Shown here: positions 25,339 to 34,701 of the stretch, piece after piece | How the letters are laid out: the number at the start of each line of letters is the position of its first letter | Position numbering within the stretch: position 1 is the first letter of the stretch | Source: Spirochaetota bacterium | GTDB taxonomy: Bacteria; Spirochaetota; B62-G9 | Assembly: GCA_003645695.1 (NCBI GenBank) | Contig: QNBN01000001.1 | Coordinates: 1-53,494 of the forward strand | Length of the DNA stretch: 53,494 nt | Reading direction: 5' to 3' | Program-made: the position numbers and the translations under genes | Notes under the pieces: model-generated | The model's input: the letters and a program-made list of their open reading frames with translations, nothing else | What the model was told of the DNA's origin: nothing | Databases searched by the model: none

Positions 25339-27318
25339 TTATTTACCCCCAAGTTGTTTATTAAAGTTCTCAATACTTCTCTTGTTGCTGTCGAGCTCAT
25401 GCAAAGCTTCCTGCATAACTGTAAACTTTCTTTCAAGCTCTTTTCTGTAATCATCAAGATGTTGATTCCAATCATCTATTTTTTTATCCTGATACTTTAT
25501 CTCATTATCGGTATTTTTTATCCTATATGTAATAATACCTGTTTGAGGATGGGTATATCCTTTTAATGTTTTATCCAGAGAATAGGCCACTCCATTATCA
25601 ATTACCATGTCATTGTTCGTATCAGACCCAAATAGCTGCTTAATTTCATCGGGGAATCGCTTGAATGCATCAATAAATTTATCTTCATCAACCTGCAGAT
25701 AGCCTCCTTTTATTTCATTCCAGCTTGAACCAGTCTTTCCCATAGATATGCCGATCTGTGCAAGCAGATTTAGATTTTTTCCCCTATCAGTAGGATAGGG
25801 ATTCATCATAATAAGCTGCAGCTTTGTTTTTATTCCACTAACAGTCATATCACCAGAAAAGATTCCAGCTTTATTCTTCTCGGTAAGACGGCCTGTAGCA
25901 GATATTTTTGTATTTTCATTTATGTACTTCAATACATCATTATACTTTTCTATAAGTTCAACTATCTTTTTAGTTATTTTTTCATAGTCACGATCGACCT
26001 GAAGATGTATTGGGTCCTTTGAAGTATTCTTTAAGTCTAATGTAACTCCCTTTATAACATCTTTAATCTCGTTACTATCCCGCTCAACTCTTATGCCATC
26101 AACATCAATTATTGAATTCTTTGGCTGTTGAACTATATGCTTTGGAGAAATACCACCCCCTGCCTCCGTATCAATTACTTTTAAATCTTTTATTTCTACT
26201 TCTCTGTTTGTATTATCATTTAAAAAAACAATCTTATCTATCGATGGCCTGCTCTGTATCAAATCGGTAATTTTAAACTTATACTCTTTAAACTCCTCAG
26301 ATAAATCAGGAATTATCTTTTTCTGTAATTTCCCATCTAAATCTACAGCCAAAACCCCATTATCAATAACTGGTTTTTGAGATTCTTTTACTTCTTTCTC
26401 CTTTATGGTACTTAATGGTTTTCCCCCTTCTATTTCAATATCCTTAATCTTTACTTTGCCTATACCCGAGAGTTCGGGCCATTCAAATACTTTTTGTTCC
26501 TTAAGTGCTAAATCTTTAACCCTGATTTTTACAGAAACATAAATAGAATCTTTTATAGGTATGGATTCATCAAAATTATAGTATACCTTAGACCCAGGAT
26601 TTAATAACAATACGCCATCCTTTACTACATGCCTATTTCCCGGCGTTATTGGAGTAAATTTGTCAGCGGTAAAACCTGTCTGGATTGAAAAACCCTTCCT
26701 TTCATAAAAGAGCCCAATTTTTTTAAATAGTTCCAATGAGCTATTATCATTAACAGATAATCTATACTTCTCACCTGTATTTTTCGTTTCCAATATTAGA
26801 ACTGAAGAATTCTCCGTATTCTTTGCTATCTTTGCAATTAAGTAATCCTTTGCCTGCTTATTAATGGAATCAGCAAGTTCGGATATAGTACCTCCTTCAA
26901 AATCGACTTCTACATCTTTTTTTCCAACGTTTATGTGAATGGGAAGGGATTTTAATATTTTGTCATCCGGGACAGGATCTGAAACAATCCTTTCATTCTG
27001 AGCCAATTGCAAAACTTTAATGTTGATTTCCGAGGGAACAGCAACTCTTGCAGCTGTTGCGGTAAGTACATCTTCATCACTTGATACTGCTACTTTATCT
27101 TCGAAAGGAGACCTAAATCCATACAGATTTTTCGCTGCTTCATCCAAGGATTTAAGTTTATTGTTAAGTTCAACAAGGGCCCTTTTCTTTTTATTTAAAT
27201 AATCTTTTTCTATCTTATATGTATCAATGCGCTTGCTTTCTACTTTAACAAGCTTATCTATTATTCCCTTTATATCAATATTATTGCTTGTGCCTGGAAG
27301 ATTATATATCTGAGGCAT
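25339..27318 (-). CDS. fliD: Flagellar filament capping protein FliD
   Basis: N-terminal IDIKGIIDKLVKVESKRID and C-terminal coiled coil (KELERKFTVMQEALHELDSNKRSIENF) typical of FliD. The position after flaG supports the call. The ATG at 27318 has GGAG upstream; the track TTG at 27369 has no RBS. Confidence 0.88.
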   Translation of the reverse strand: MPQIYNLPGTSNNIDIKGIIDKLVKVESKRIDTYKIEKDYLNKKKRALVELNNKLKSLDEAAKNLYGFRSPFEDKVAVSSDEDVLTATAARVAVPSEINIKVLQLAQNERIVSDPVPDDKILKSLPIHINVGKKDVEVDFEGGTISELADSINKQAKDYLIAKIAKNTENSSVLILETKNTGEKYRLSVNDNSSLELFKKIGLFYERKGFSIQTGFTADKFTPITPGNRHVVKDGVLLLNPGSKVYYNFDESIPIKDSIYVSVKIRVKDLALKEQKVFEWPELSGIGKVKIKDIEIEGGKPLSTIKEKEVKESQKPVIDNGVLAVDLDGKLQKKIIPDLSEEFKEYKFKITDLIQSRPSIDKIVFLNDNTNREVEIKDLKVIDTEAGGGISPKHIVQQPKNSIIDVDGIRVERDSNEIKDVIKGVTLDLKNTSKDPIHLQVDRDYEKITKKIVELIEKYNDVLKYINENTKISATGRLTEKNKAGIFSGDMTVSGIKTKLQLIMMNPYPTDRGKNLNLLAQIGISMGKTGSSWNEIKGGYLQVDEDKFIDAFKRFPDEIKQLFGSDTNNDMVIDNGVAYSLDKTLKGYTHPQTGIITYRIKNTDNEIKYQDKKIDDWNQHLDDYRKELERKFTVMQEALHELDSNKRSIENFNKQLGGK

Positions 27319-27388
27319 TACAAAAGCTCCACTCAGTAAAACTTTCCCCAGGGCTTCTTCAATAAACAATCAGGCTTTTTATTGCTCA

Positions 27389-27739
27389 CTACCTCTCTTC
27401 GTCAACTAAAAGACCTATCATCTCCTGTATTCTCGCTGCAAGGCGAATGAGCTGCTCTGGAGGTATTTCCTTTATAACCTTATCGGTTTCAGTATCAATT
27501 ACTTTAACCACTATCCTCTTTGTAGCTTCATCCACCCTGAAATCGAGACGCCTATTGAAAATATCGCCAGCTTGTTTCAACTTTTTAATAGCTTCATTTA
27601 CATAATTTTTGTTATATTTAGAGTTTTTTATTGATTCTTCTATCTGCTTTCCAGTATTAACCTCCGTTTTAGAACTTGAAACAATAATTTTCCCCTGTCT
27701 CACGTCATTGTTGTACCCCCCTAATAAATCTATTTTCAT
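27389..27739 (-). CDS. flaG: Flagellar protein FlaG
   Basis: C-terminal FRVDEATKRIVVKVIDTETDKVIKEIPPEQL is the FlaG-family signature. The ATG at 27739 lies 6 nt after GGAGGTG. Confidence 0.85.
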   Translation of the reverse strand: MKIDLLGGYNNDVRQGKIIVSSSKTEVNTGKQIEESIKNSKYNKNYVNEAIKKLKQAGDIFNRRLDFRVDEATKRIVVKVIDTETDKVIKEIPPEQLIRLAARIQEMIGLLVDEER

Positions 27740-27831
27740 TGACATCACCTCCAAACCTTACCTTTTCTATACAAATATTATTAACCTGCGGTGCTGATAG
27801 CACCGCAGGAATGTGATCGGTGCATTACTGC

Positions 27832-28644
27832 CTAATCCAATAATTTTAATACTGATTCAGGCTTCAGATTGGCCTGAGTAAGCATGGCTATACCAGCCTG
27901 CTCAATTATCTTCAGGCTCATGAAATTAACAACCTCTGATGCAATATCAGTATCTCGCAAATACGATTCGGCCGCTGTGAGATTTTCCTCTGCAACGCTG
28001 AGGCGAGATACAGTATATTCAAGCCGATTTTGGATCGAACCAAGCGATGCTCTCTCCAAAGAAACTCGGCTCATGGCCTTATCAATCCTTTCTATTGCCT
28101 TATTGGCAAGTTCTGCGGTAGAAAGGGACAGGCCCGATACACCTATAGCTCCTGCCGTCATGGTTTTTGTTTCAAACTTTAAGGATTGACCTTTGTTCGG
28201 CCCAACCTGAAACTCAAACTCATGTTTGGCATTATCAAATAGCTTTAATTTGTTAAATTGAGTTCCACTTGAAATTCTGTTAATTTCCTGAACCAATTGT
28301 GAAACTTCAACCTGAATTAAGCCTCTATCCTCCTTCGTATAGATAGAGTTAGCTGCTTGAACTGAAAGCTCTCTCAACCTCAGCAAAATCGATTGTATCT
28401 CACTCAGGGCGCCCTCTCCAGATTGAACAAGAGAGATGCCCATCATTGTATTTCGCTGAGCCTGTTTTAAGCCCTTTATCTGGGCTTTCAGTTTTTCAGA
28501 AACTGCCAATCCTGAAGCGTCATCAGCAGCACTGTTTATCCGTAAACCGGATGATAATCTCTCAATAGACTTTGATATTTTTTTCTCCGTCTGGGAGAGT
28601 ATACGGTTTACGAAGACAGCGGACAGATTGTGGTTAATGATCAT
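27832..28644 (-). CDS. Flagellin, divergent FlaB-like paralogue
   Basis: [16 protein letters not shown]..., [11 protein letters not shown], and C-terminal LTQANLKPESVLKLL. The central region lacks the MWFxxGANMDQR block of the two upstream FlaBs. The ATG at 28644 is preceded by GGAGGGAGGAG. Confidence 0.9.
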   Translation of the reverse strand: MIINHNLSAVFVNRILSQTEKKISKSIERLSSGLRINSAADDASGLAVSEKLKAQIKGLKQAQRNTMMGISLVQSGEGALSEIQSILLRLRELSVQAANSIYTKEDRGLIQVEVSQLVQEINRISSGTQFNKLKLFDNAKHEFEFQVGPNKGQSLKFETKTMTAGAIGVSGLSLSTAELANKAIERIDKAMSRVSLERASLGSIQNRLEYTVSRLSVAEENLTAAESYLRDTDIASEVVNFMSLKIIEQAGIAMLTQANLKPESVLKLLD

Positions 28645-28674
28645 ACTATCTCCTCCCTCCATAGAGATACGGTA

Positions 28675-28695
28675 GCTGAAAATCCATTTTTCAGC
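28675..28695 (-). promoter_or_regulatory. Leader hairpin presenting AUGGA in its loop (CsrA-site-like)
   Basis: GCTGAAAA / TTTTCAGC 8-bp perfect stem; the loop reads ATGGA on the mRNA strand. It lies 30 nt upstream of the flagellin start codon. Confidence 0.45.
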
Positions 28696-28880
28696 CAATC
28701 GAGGTATGGTACTTGAGGCGTATCAGAGGCACCGACCACTTAGACTGCCTCTTTCCCATACCACGATTCCCCAGAGGGGTTGCCGTCTTCGCATGATTTC
28801 ATCATGATGACACACGGATTAGGCTTCCAATACCACCCCCAAGAGATACATGTTAAAGAGCATCCTGCTCATTTTAAGAG

Positions 28881-29735
28881 CTATGTTAAAAGCTGTAATA
28901 CAGATTTAGGCTTCATATTGGCCTGGGCCAGCATAGCAGTACCAGACTGGACTAAAATGGTATCTTTCACGAAATTAACCATCTCCTCAGCCATATCTGC
29001 ATCACGAATGAGTGACTCAGCAGCCTGGATATTTTCAGCTCCGATTAACACTCCTTTAACTGCCATCTCAAACCTATTCTGGTAAGCACCGAGATCGGCC
29101 CGCTGTTTGGACACCTTTTTAAGAGCTTCATCTACAATACCTATCGCCTGATTTGCAGTACCCGGCGTTGATAGACTTATAGACTTTCCGTTTGCTACTA
29201 AACCCAATGCTTCAGCTGTCATTGTGCCGATAAAAGCCCTCTCCCTCTGATCCATATTAGCACCGACCTGAAACCACATGGATGCTGTAGGTGTACCACC
29301 AAGACTCGGATTGGCGAATGCGCCGGTTAGCATATTGTAGCCGTTGAACTGAGCATGAGATGCAACCCTGTTGATCTCATCGACCAACTGTGACACCTCA
29401 ACTTGAATCTGCATCCTGTCCTCATCAGTATAAATCCCGTTTGCAGCTTGAACAGCCAGCTCTCTAATTCTGTGTAGAATATCCTGATCCTCCTGCAGAT
29501 ACCCTTCTGTAGTCTGAATGAAAGACACCGCATTTTCGATATTCCTTGCTGCCTGTCTTAACCCTCTGATTTGAGACCTCATCTTTTCTGACACTGCAAG
29601 ACCTGATGCATCATCCCCCGATCTTGTGATACGTTCACCTGATGACAATTTTGCTATGTCCCTATCCAGATCCTGAGTTTTAAATTTCAGAATCCTGTTT
29701 GCATACATAGCACTAAGATTGTGGTTAATGATCAT
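28881..29735 (-). CDS. flaB: Flagellin FlaB (spirochaete core-filament type)
   Basis: 284 aa. [95 protein letters not shown]. Confidence 0.95.
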   Translation of the reverse strand: MIINHNLSAMYANRILKFKTQDLDRDIAKLSSGERITRSGDDASGLAVSEKMRSQIRGLRQAARNIENAVSFIQTTEGYLQEDQDILHRIRELAVQAANGIYTDEDRMQIQVEVSQLVDEINRVASHAQFNGYNMLTGAFANPSLGGTPTASMWFQVGANMDQRERAFIGTMTAEALGLVANGKSISLSTPGTANQAIGIVDEALKKVSKQRADLGAYQNRFEMAVKGVLIGAENIQAAESLIRDADMAEEMVNFVKDTILVQSGTAMLAQANMKPKSVLQLLT

Positions 29736-29740
29736 AACTC

Positions 29741-29800
29741 TACCCTCCTTGATTGATGTTTGCCTCCCTGCACGGGATTTTTTACAAGGTTTTCTCCTTG
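29741..29800 (-). promoter_or_regulatory. flaB leader with three GGA motifs (CsrA-site-like)
   Basis: The mRNA strand reads TCAAGGAGAA...CAGGGAGGCA...TCAAGGAGGG(tagagtt)ATG. The last motif is the SD. The first lies in a CAAGG/CCTTG stem. Confidence 0.4.
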
Positions 29801-29940
29801 AAATGAAAATAAAACTATAGTTATTAGATTCTCATGGGGGCAGGAATACATAAGGCGCGCCACTTTTATTCCCTATCATCGATACTATTTAGCTCGAGCA
29901 TTCAAGCATCGATGTTCCCATGTAAACCAACAACTAAAAT

Positions 29941-29983
29941 TATGCCCCCTTTGGGTTAACATACCCTACAAATGTGGGGCATA
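29941..29983 (-). terminator. Possible terminator after the first flaB
   Basis: TATGCCCC (29941-29948) pairs with GGGGCATA (29976-29983), with an internal GGGT/ACCC helix. On the minus strand it is followed by ATTTTAGTT. The loop is long and the U-tract weak. Confidence 0.35.
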
Positions 29984-30095
29984 AAATTAGATGCTGGGAA
30001 TCACCATCAAGGATGGGTTGTATAGTTCACCTCTCTTTGGGGGGTGGATATATGTCAAAGAACATATGCACTACAAAAGTTCCATCTTAAGTAGA

Positions 30096-30956
30096 TTAAC
30101 GAAACAACTGTAGCACCGATTGTGGCTGTACATTTGCCTGGGCAAGCATTGCTGTCGCTGTTTGCACAAGTATCTGATCCTTTGTGAATCTTACCATCTC
30201 TTCTGCAATATCGGCATCTCTAATTCTTGATTCGGCTGCCTGCATATTTTCATAACCTGACATTAAACCTTTTGCTGTATACTCCAATCTTGTTTGATAG
30301 GCACCAAGATCTGCCCTTTGTTTAGAAACTTTCATAAGAGCCTGATCTATAATACCAATCACCCTATTCGACTTTTCAGGTGTAGAAAGCGTAATTGTAG
30401 AACCTGTTGAGGGCTGTCGTAAACCAAGTGCTTTAGCAGTCATTGTCTGAATAAATACCTCTGTTCGCTGATCCATATTTGCACCAATATGGAACCACAT
30501 GGATCCCGTCGGAGTATTTTCTCCGGTTGGTCTTGCAAATCTCCCGGTAAGCATATTCATACCGTTGAACTGTGCATGGGATGCTATCCTGTCCACTTCA
30601 TCCACAAGCTGTGAAATCTCAACCTGAATCATCATCCTATCCTCGTCTGTATAAAGCCCGTTCGATGCCTGAACTGCAAGCTCCCTGATTCTTTGAAGAA
30701 TATCCTGCGTTTCCTGGAGATATCCTTCTGTTGTTTGAATAAATGAGATGCCATTTTCTGCATTTCTTTCTGCCTGTCTCATACCCCTAATTTGAGAACG
30801 CATTTTTTCTGAAACAGCCAGCCCTGAAGCATCATCACTTGCCCTGTTAATCCTCTGTCCTGATGATAGCCTTTCGATATCTTTGTTGATGTTCCAAGTG
30901 TTAAATTTGAGAACCCGATTAGCAAAGATAGCACTAATGTTATGATTGATAATCAT
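30096..30956 (-). CDS. flaB: Flagellin FlaB (spirochaete core-filament type)
   Basis: 286 aa. [63 protein letters not shown]. Strong GGAGG SD. Confidence 0.95.
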   Translation of the reverse strand: MIINHNISAIFANRVLKFNTWNINKDIERLSSGQRINRASDDASGLAVSEKMRSQIRGMRQAERNAENGISFIQTTEGYLQETQDILQRIRELAVQASNGLYTDEDRMMIQVEISQLVDEVDRIASHAQFNGMNMLTGRFARPTGENTPTGSMWFHIGANMDQRTEVFIQTMTAKALGLRQPSTGSTITLSTPEKSNRVIGIIDQALMKVSKQRADLGAYQTRLEYTAKGLMSGYENMQAAESRIRDADIAEEMVRFTKDQILVQTATAMLAQANVQPQSVLQLFR

Positions 30957-30960
30957 AAGC

Positions 30961-31090
30961 TCCTCCTTGAATGTTGTTCGGCGTCCTTGCCTGTAATTTT
31001 TTTCAAAAAAGTAAAAAAAAATTCGTTAATAAAAAATCTAATCTTACGATAAATAAGTTGGAGTGAAAATTGAAGTATATCACCTCCTTG
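30961..31090 (-). promoter_or_regulatory. flaB leader with three CAAGGA motifs (CsrA-site-like)
   Basis: The mRNA strand has CAAGGAGGTG (31081-31090), then GGC-AAGGAC-GCC as a small hairpin (30980-30991), then TCAAGGAGGA as the SD (30961-30970). Confidence 0.45.
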
Positions 31091-31172
31091 TAAGATAGGA
31101 TTCTAAAAACTTCCGTGTTTTTAGTTAAAAACAAAAACCATTACTCTATATTTAAGGTATTTCTCATTACCT

Positions 31173-31200
31173 ATTTCGGCAGATTTCCCTTAAATCTTTA
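31173..31200 (-). promoter_or_regulatory. Sigma-28 (FliA)-type promoter for the flagellin cluster
   Basis: The minus strand reads TAAAGATT-N12-GCCGAAAT, against the consensus TAAAGTTT-N11-GCCGATAA. It lies directly after the yjbQ stop and about 205 nt upstream of the flaB ATG. Confidence 0.6.
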
Positions 31201-31213
31201 TTAATTTTTTTTA

Positions 31214-31627
31214 TTACTCACCAATTATTTTAATCAATACCCTCTTTCTTCTTCTACCATCAAACTCCCCATAGAAGATTTCTTCCCACGGACCAAGATC
31301 AAGTTTTCCATCTGTTACGGCTACAACAACCTCCCTGCCCATAACCTGCCTTTTTAAATGAGCATCTCCATTATCCTCACCTACATTGTGTCTATAGCCA
31401 TTTCTGCTATAGGGTGCTAATTTTTCCAACCATTCGAGATAATCCTGATGAAGCCCTGGTTCGTTATCATTGATAAAAACACTGGCAGTAATATGCATGG
31501 CATTAACCAGGCAGAGACCCTCTTTAATACCACTTTCCCTGAGGGCTTCCTCAACTTGAGGAGTGATATGGACAAGCTGGTATCTTTTTTCAGTGTTAAA
31601 CCACAATTCTTTTCTATAGCTTTTCAT
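31214..31627 (-). CDS. yjbQ: YjbQ/UPF0047-family protein (secondary thiamine-phosphate synthase family)
   Basis: 137 aa. [51 protein letters not shown] are family-typical blocks. Confidence 0.8.
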   Translation of the reverse strand: MKSYRKELWFNTEKRYQLVHITPQVEEALRESGIKEGLCLVNAMHITASVFINDNEPGLHQDYLEWLEKLAPYSRNGYRHNVGEDNGDAHLKRQVMGREVVVAVTDGKLDLGPWEEIFYGEFDGRRRKRVLIKIIGE

Positions 31628-31774
31628 AAGAAATCCTCCATTGTCTGCATAATATTCTAAACTCCATTTTTATAATCTAACGTCTTTTTGAATAATATAT
31701 GAGATTACCCTACCCTTTTATGAGAAGATTTATAATGTAAAAGTTTACATAAAATTAATTAACATCTCTGTTAT

Positions 31775-33493
31775 TTACATCTCTTCTATAGCCTCAATAC
31801 CAAGGAGATTAAGCCCTTTCTTAATTACTGATTTAACAGCTGAGGCAGCTACTATTTTTGAAAGGGACTGTTTATAATCTTCTGTAATGAAGCGGTACCT
31901 GTTATAGTAACTATTGAACTCAGAAGCCAGATCCAGAAGGTATCTGCTTATTATTGAAGGTTCAAAGTTTTCTGAAGATTTCAACACAACATCTTCAAAA
32001 TCATTTAATTTCATAACAAATGGAAAAAGTTCCTGTCCATATTTTAATCCCTCTTCAAACTTTATTTTTTCATATTTTGCTTCAAACTTCTTCATTAAAC
32101 TTGTTATTCTTGCATGGGTATACTGAAGATATACACCTGTTTCTCCATTAAAATTTAAAATTTCATTCCAGTCAAAAACTATATCCTTAATTCTGGAATT
32201 TTTTAAATCATTGAATATAATAGCACCAATACCCACAGCCTCAGCAACTTTATCTTTTTCGGCTATCTCTGGATTTTTTTCTTCAATTGTTTTCCTTGCA
32301 AGGTCAACCGCTCTGTTAATAACATCTTCAAGTAGAATTATATTTCCCTTTCTTGTACTCATAGATTCATTTTCAAATGATATATGGCCAAACGGAACAT
32401 GGTGGCAGTTTTTAACCCACTTTTTGCTCATTTTATCTAGTACTTTAAACAACTGTTTAAAATGTAACGCCTGTGGGCTTCCCACCACATAAAGCATAAG
32501 ATCAAACTTAAAACGATTATACCTGTATATAGCTGCTGCAAGATCCCTTGTTATATATAGTGTTGAACCATCCTTCTTTCTCAAGAGAGCTGGTGGTATA
32601 TCATCTCCCAGAGGTACTATCAATGCCCCTTCACTTATTTTTGTTATCCCGCTTTTTACAATTTCCTCTATTGTCTGATCAAGCATCGGGCTATAGAAAC
32701 TCTCACCCATATAGTATTCAAACTCAACATTCAGTCGTTTATATATTCTTTTAAATTCACCCAGGCTTAACTTACAGAATTTCTCCCATAAACTTATTGC
32801 CTCTGGATCTCCCTTTTCAAGTTTAGCGAACCATCTTCTTGCTTCTTCTTCAAGCTCGGGATCCTGTTCAGCTTCTTTGTGAAATTTAACGTACAATGAA
32901 TATAGATATTTAACAGGTTCATTATCTAATTCTTTTTCATCGCCCCATTTTTTATATGCCGTTATCAATTTACCAAACTGTGTCCCCCAGTCACCCAGAT
33001 GGTTTATTCCGATTACATTGTATCCTAAAAAATTGAATATTTTCTTTAGTGAGTTTCCTATTACGGTTGACCTTAAATGCCCAATACCAAAAGGTTTTGC
33101 AATATTTGGTGAAGAGTAATCAATGACAACCGTTTTTCCTTTCCCATATTTTTCCATCCCGCTAAAGTTATGAACAATGAGATTTTTTAAGATGTCATTG
33201 ATCGAAATCTCTCTATTCAAAAAAATATTTATATAAGGACCTTTTGCTTCTACCTTTTGAATGACCTTTGCTCTTTCATTCTCCAAACTTGAAGAGTAAA
33301 AAGAATCCTCAATATTTTTTGCTATTTCCACTGGATTTGCTCTTAATTCCCTGGCAAATTGAAAACATGGAATTGCATAATCCCCAAGTTCAGGATTCGG
33401 AGGAATTTCAATCAGGGATTCTATCTTTTCCTTTTCAATTTTTGTAAGTAAACTGATTGTCTCTGCTATATTTCGCTTAAAATTAACCTTCAT
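31775..33493 (-). CDS. argS: Arginine--tRNA ligase
   Basis: SSPNIAKPFGIGHLRS (HIGH-type motif). Class I core with an anticodon-binding C-terminal domain ending in the characteristic terminal Met (...IEEM). The ATG at 33493 is preferred over the track start at 33577, which has no RBS. Confidence 0.92.
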   Translation of the reverse strand: MKVNFKRNIAETISLLTKIEKEKIESLIEIPPNPELGDYAIPCFQFARELRANPVEIAKNIEDSFYSSSLENERAKVIQKVEAKGPYINIFLNREISINDILKNLIVHNFSGMEKYGKGKTVVIDYSSPNIAKPFGIGHLRSTVIGNSLKKIFNFLGYNVIGINHLGDWGTQFGKLITAYKKWGDEKELDNEPVKYLYSLYVKFHKEAEQDPELEEEARRWFAKLEKGDPEAISLWEKFCKLSLGEFKRIYKRLNVEFEYYMGESFYSPMLDQTIEEIVKSGITKISEGALIVPLGDDIPPALLRKKDGSTLYITRDLAAAIYRYNRFKFDLMLYVVGSPQALHFKQLFKVLDKMSKKWVKNCHHVPFGHISFENESMSTRKGNIILLEDVINRAVDLARKTIEEKNPEIAEKDKVAEAVGIGAIIFNDLKNSRIKDIVFDWNEILNFNGETGVYLQYTHARITSLMKKFEAKYEKIKFEEGLKYGQELFPFVMKLNDFEDVVLKSSENFEPSIISRYLLDLASEFNSYYNRYRFITEDYKQSLSKIVAASAVKSVIKKGLNLLGIEAIEEM

Positions 33494-33832
33494 ATCTCTC
33501 TTTCCAATATTTTTTGGATTTAATGGCTTTTCTAAACAAAAATTGACACTGTTCAAAATCTCTGTGAGCTTACACATCTACAATTTTAAAATCCAACTTC
33601 AGACTTCTTAGATTTGTATTATAGATTACAAGGAATTTTACCCTATCTTTTGGATTTTAGTTTGTTATAAAAAATTTAAGAAAACTTATCCAATCTCTCT
33701 TTGATTGGCAATTAAAAAATTGCATATTTAAAGTATCAATCTATTGCCATTTGTAAAAAATTAATTTTAAATTTAAATAAAAAATGTAGTATAGTATAAA
33801 TAAAAGATTTTATTTATAAGGTAATCGGTAAA

Positions 33833-34651
33833 ATGAACTATTTATCAGACCACCTTACCTTAAATGATTTAAAAATAATAAGTAAAACTCTCGTTCCAAA
33901 TTATAGAGATAGAGAAAAGCTTCATAAAACAATTCTGGAAGATGAAGAAATTCTCAGGAAAATGCTCTCTGATAATCGTTTATTTGTTTATATAATGAGC
34001 AATTCAAATTCATATATGGAAATATCCCCTACATTACTCTTCTCAATACTTTTGAGACATATACGAGACGAGGTAAAAAAACATCCATACACCTTTGAAA
34101 ATAAAGATGGAGAAAGTGTGGCTATCTTTGACGCAAAAGATATTTTCAATTTTCTGGAAAAAGAGGAAGCCCTTGATTATTTAACCGAACTTCTTGTTTC
34201 TTTTACAAGGATCCACAGCTTCTCAACTATGCACAGGATAAGGAAAGGTATATGGAGAAGGTTGAAGTACAGCGATTTTGATATAGATAGCTTGATAAGA
34301 TTCAGCAAAACAATAGATGAAAAACTAAGGTTCAGGCCATTTAAAAAAGTTGCAGATATCTGCCTGTTTATACTTGGTATTTTCCCAGAGTATATTGAAA
34401 AACACGAGTGGCCGCTTTCCTTTGGAGACAGAAGGCTTGCCTCACATCCTGAAATAAGAAAAATTGGATTTGAAAATTATGGTAGTTACTATTACCAGAA
34501 GGCTTCAAATATGGAGACTGCTTACACGCTTGGCCTGCACGATCTATTGAACTACTTTTCTGAAAACTTTAAGATTGCAGAAAAAACCTTGAATTACCTG
34601 ACCAATCGATACTTGGGTTTTCATGATAAAAAGAAATTATTCCCACTCTAA
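33833..34651 (+). CDS. Hypothetical protein (272 aa)
   Basis: Clean ORF transcribed divergently from argS. No motif recognised. Confidence 0.55.
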   Translation: MNYLSDHLTLNDLKIISKTLVPNYRDREKLHKTILEDEEILRKMLSDNRLFVYIMSNSNSYMEISPTLLFSILLRHIRDEVKKHPYTFENKDGESVAIFDAKDIFNFLEKEEALDYLTELLVSFTRIHSFSTMHRIRKGIWRRLKYSDFDIDSLIRFSKTIDEKLRFRPFKKVADICLFILGIFPEYIEKHEWPLSFGDRRLASHPEIRKIGFENYGSYYYQKASNMETAYTLGLHDLLNYFSENFKIAEKTLNYLTNRYLGFHDKKKLFPL

Positions 34652-34701
34652 TTAGTTCAAGCTTTGGGGTAAGACATCGAAATACAACTAACCTGAAATC
34701 T

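Noticed and set aside
28780-29085. 101-aa plus-strand ORF spanning the flagellin spacer and the flaB 3' end
   Set aside because: It is antisense to a highly conserved FlaB coding region. No RBS or recognisable motifs.
33706-33724. TGGCA...TTGCA resembling a sigma-54 promoter
   Set aside because: The GG-to-GC distance is 15 nt rather than the required 12. It is better explained as the GCAATT-N4-AATTGC palindrome.
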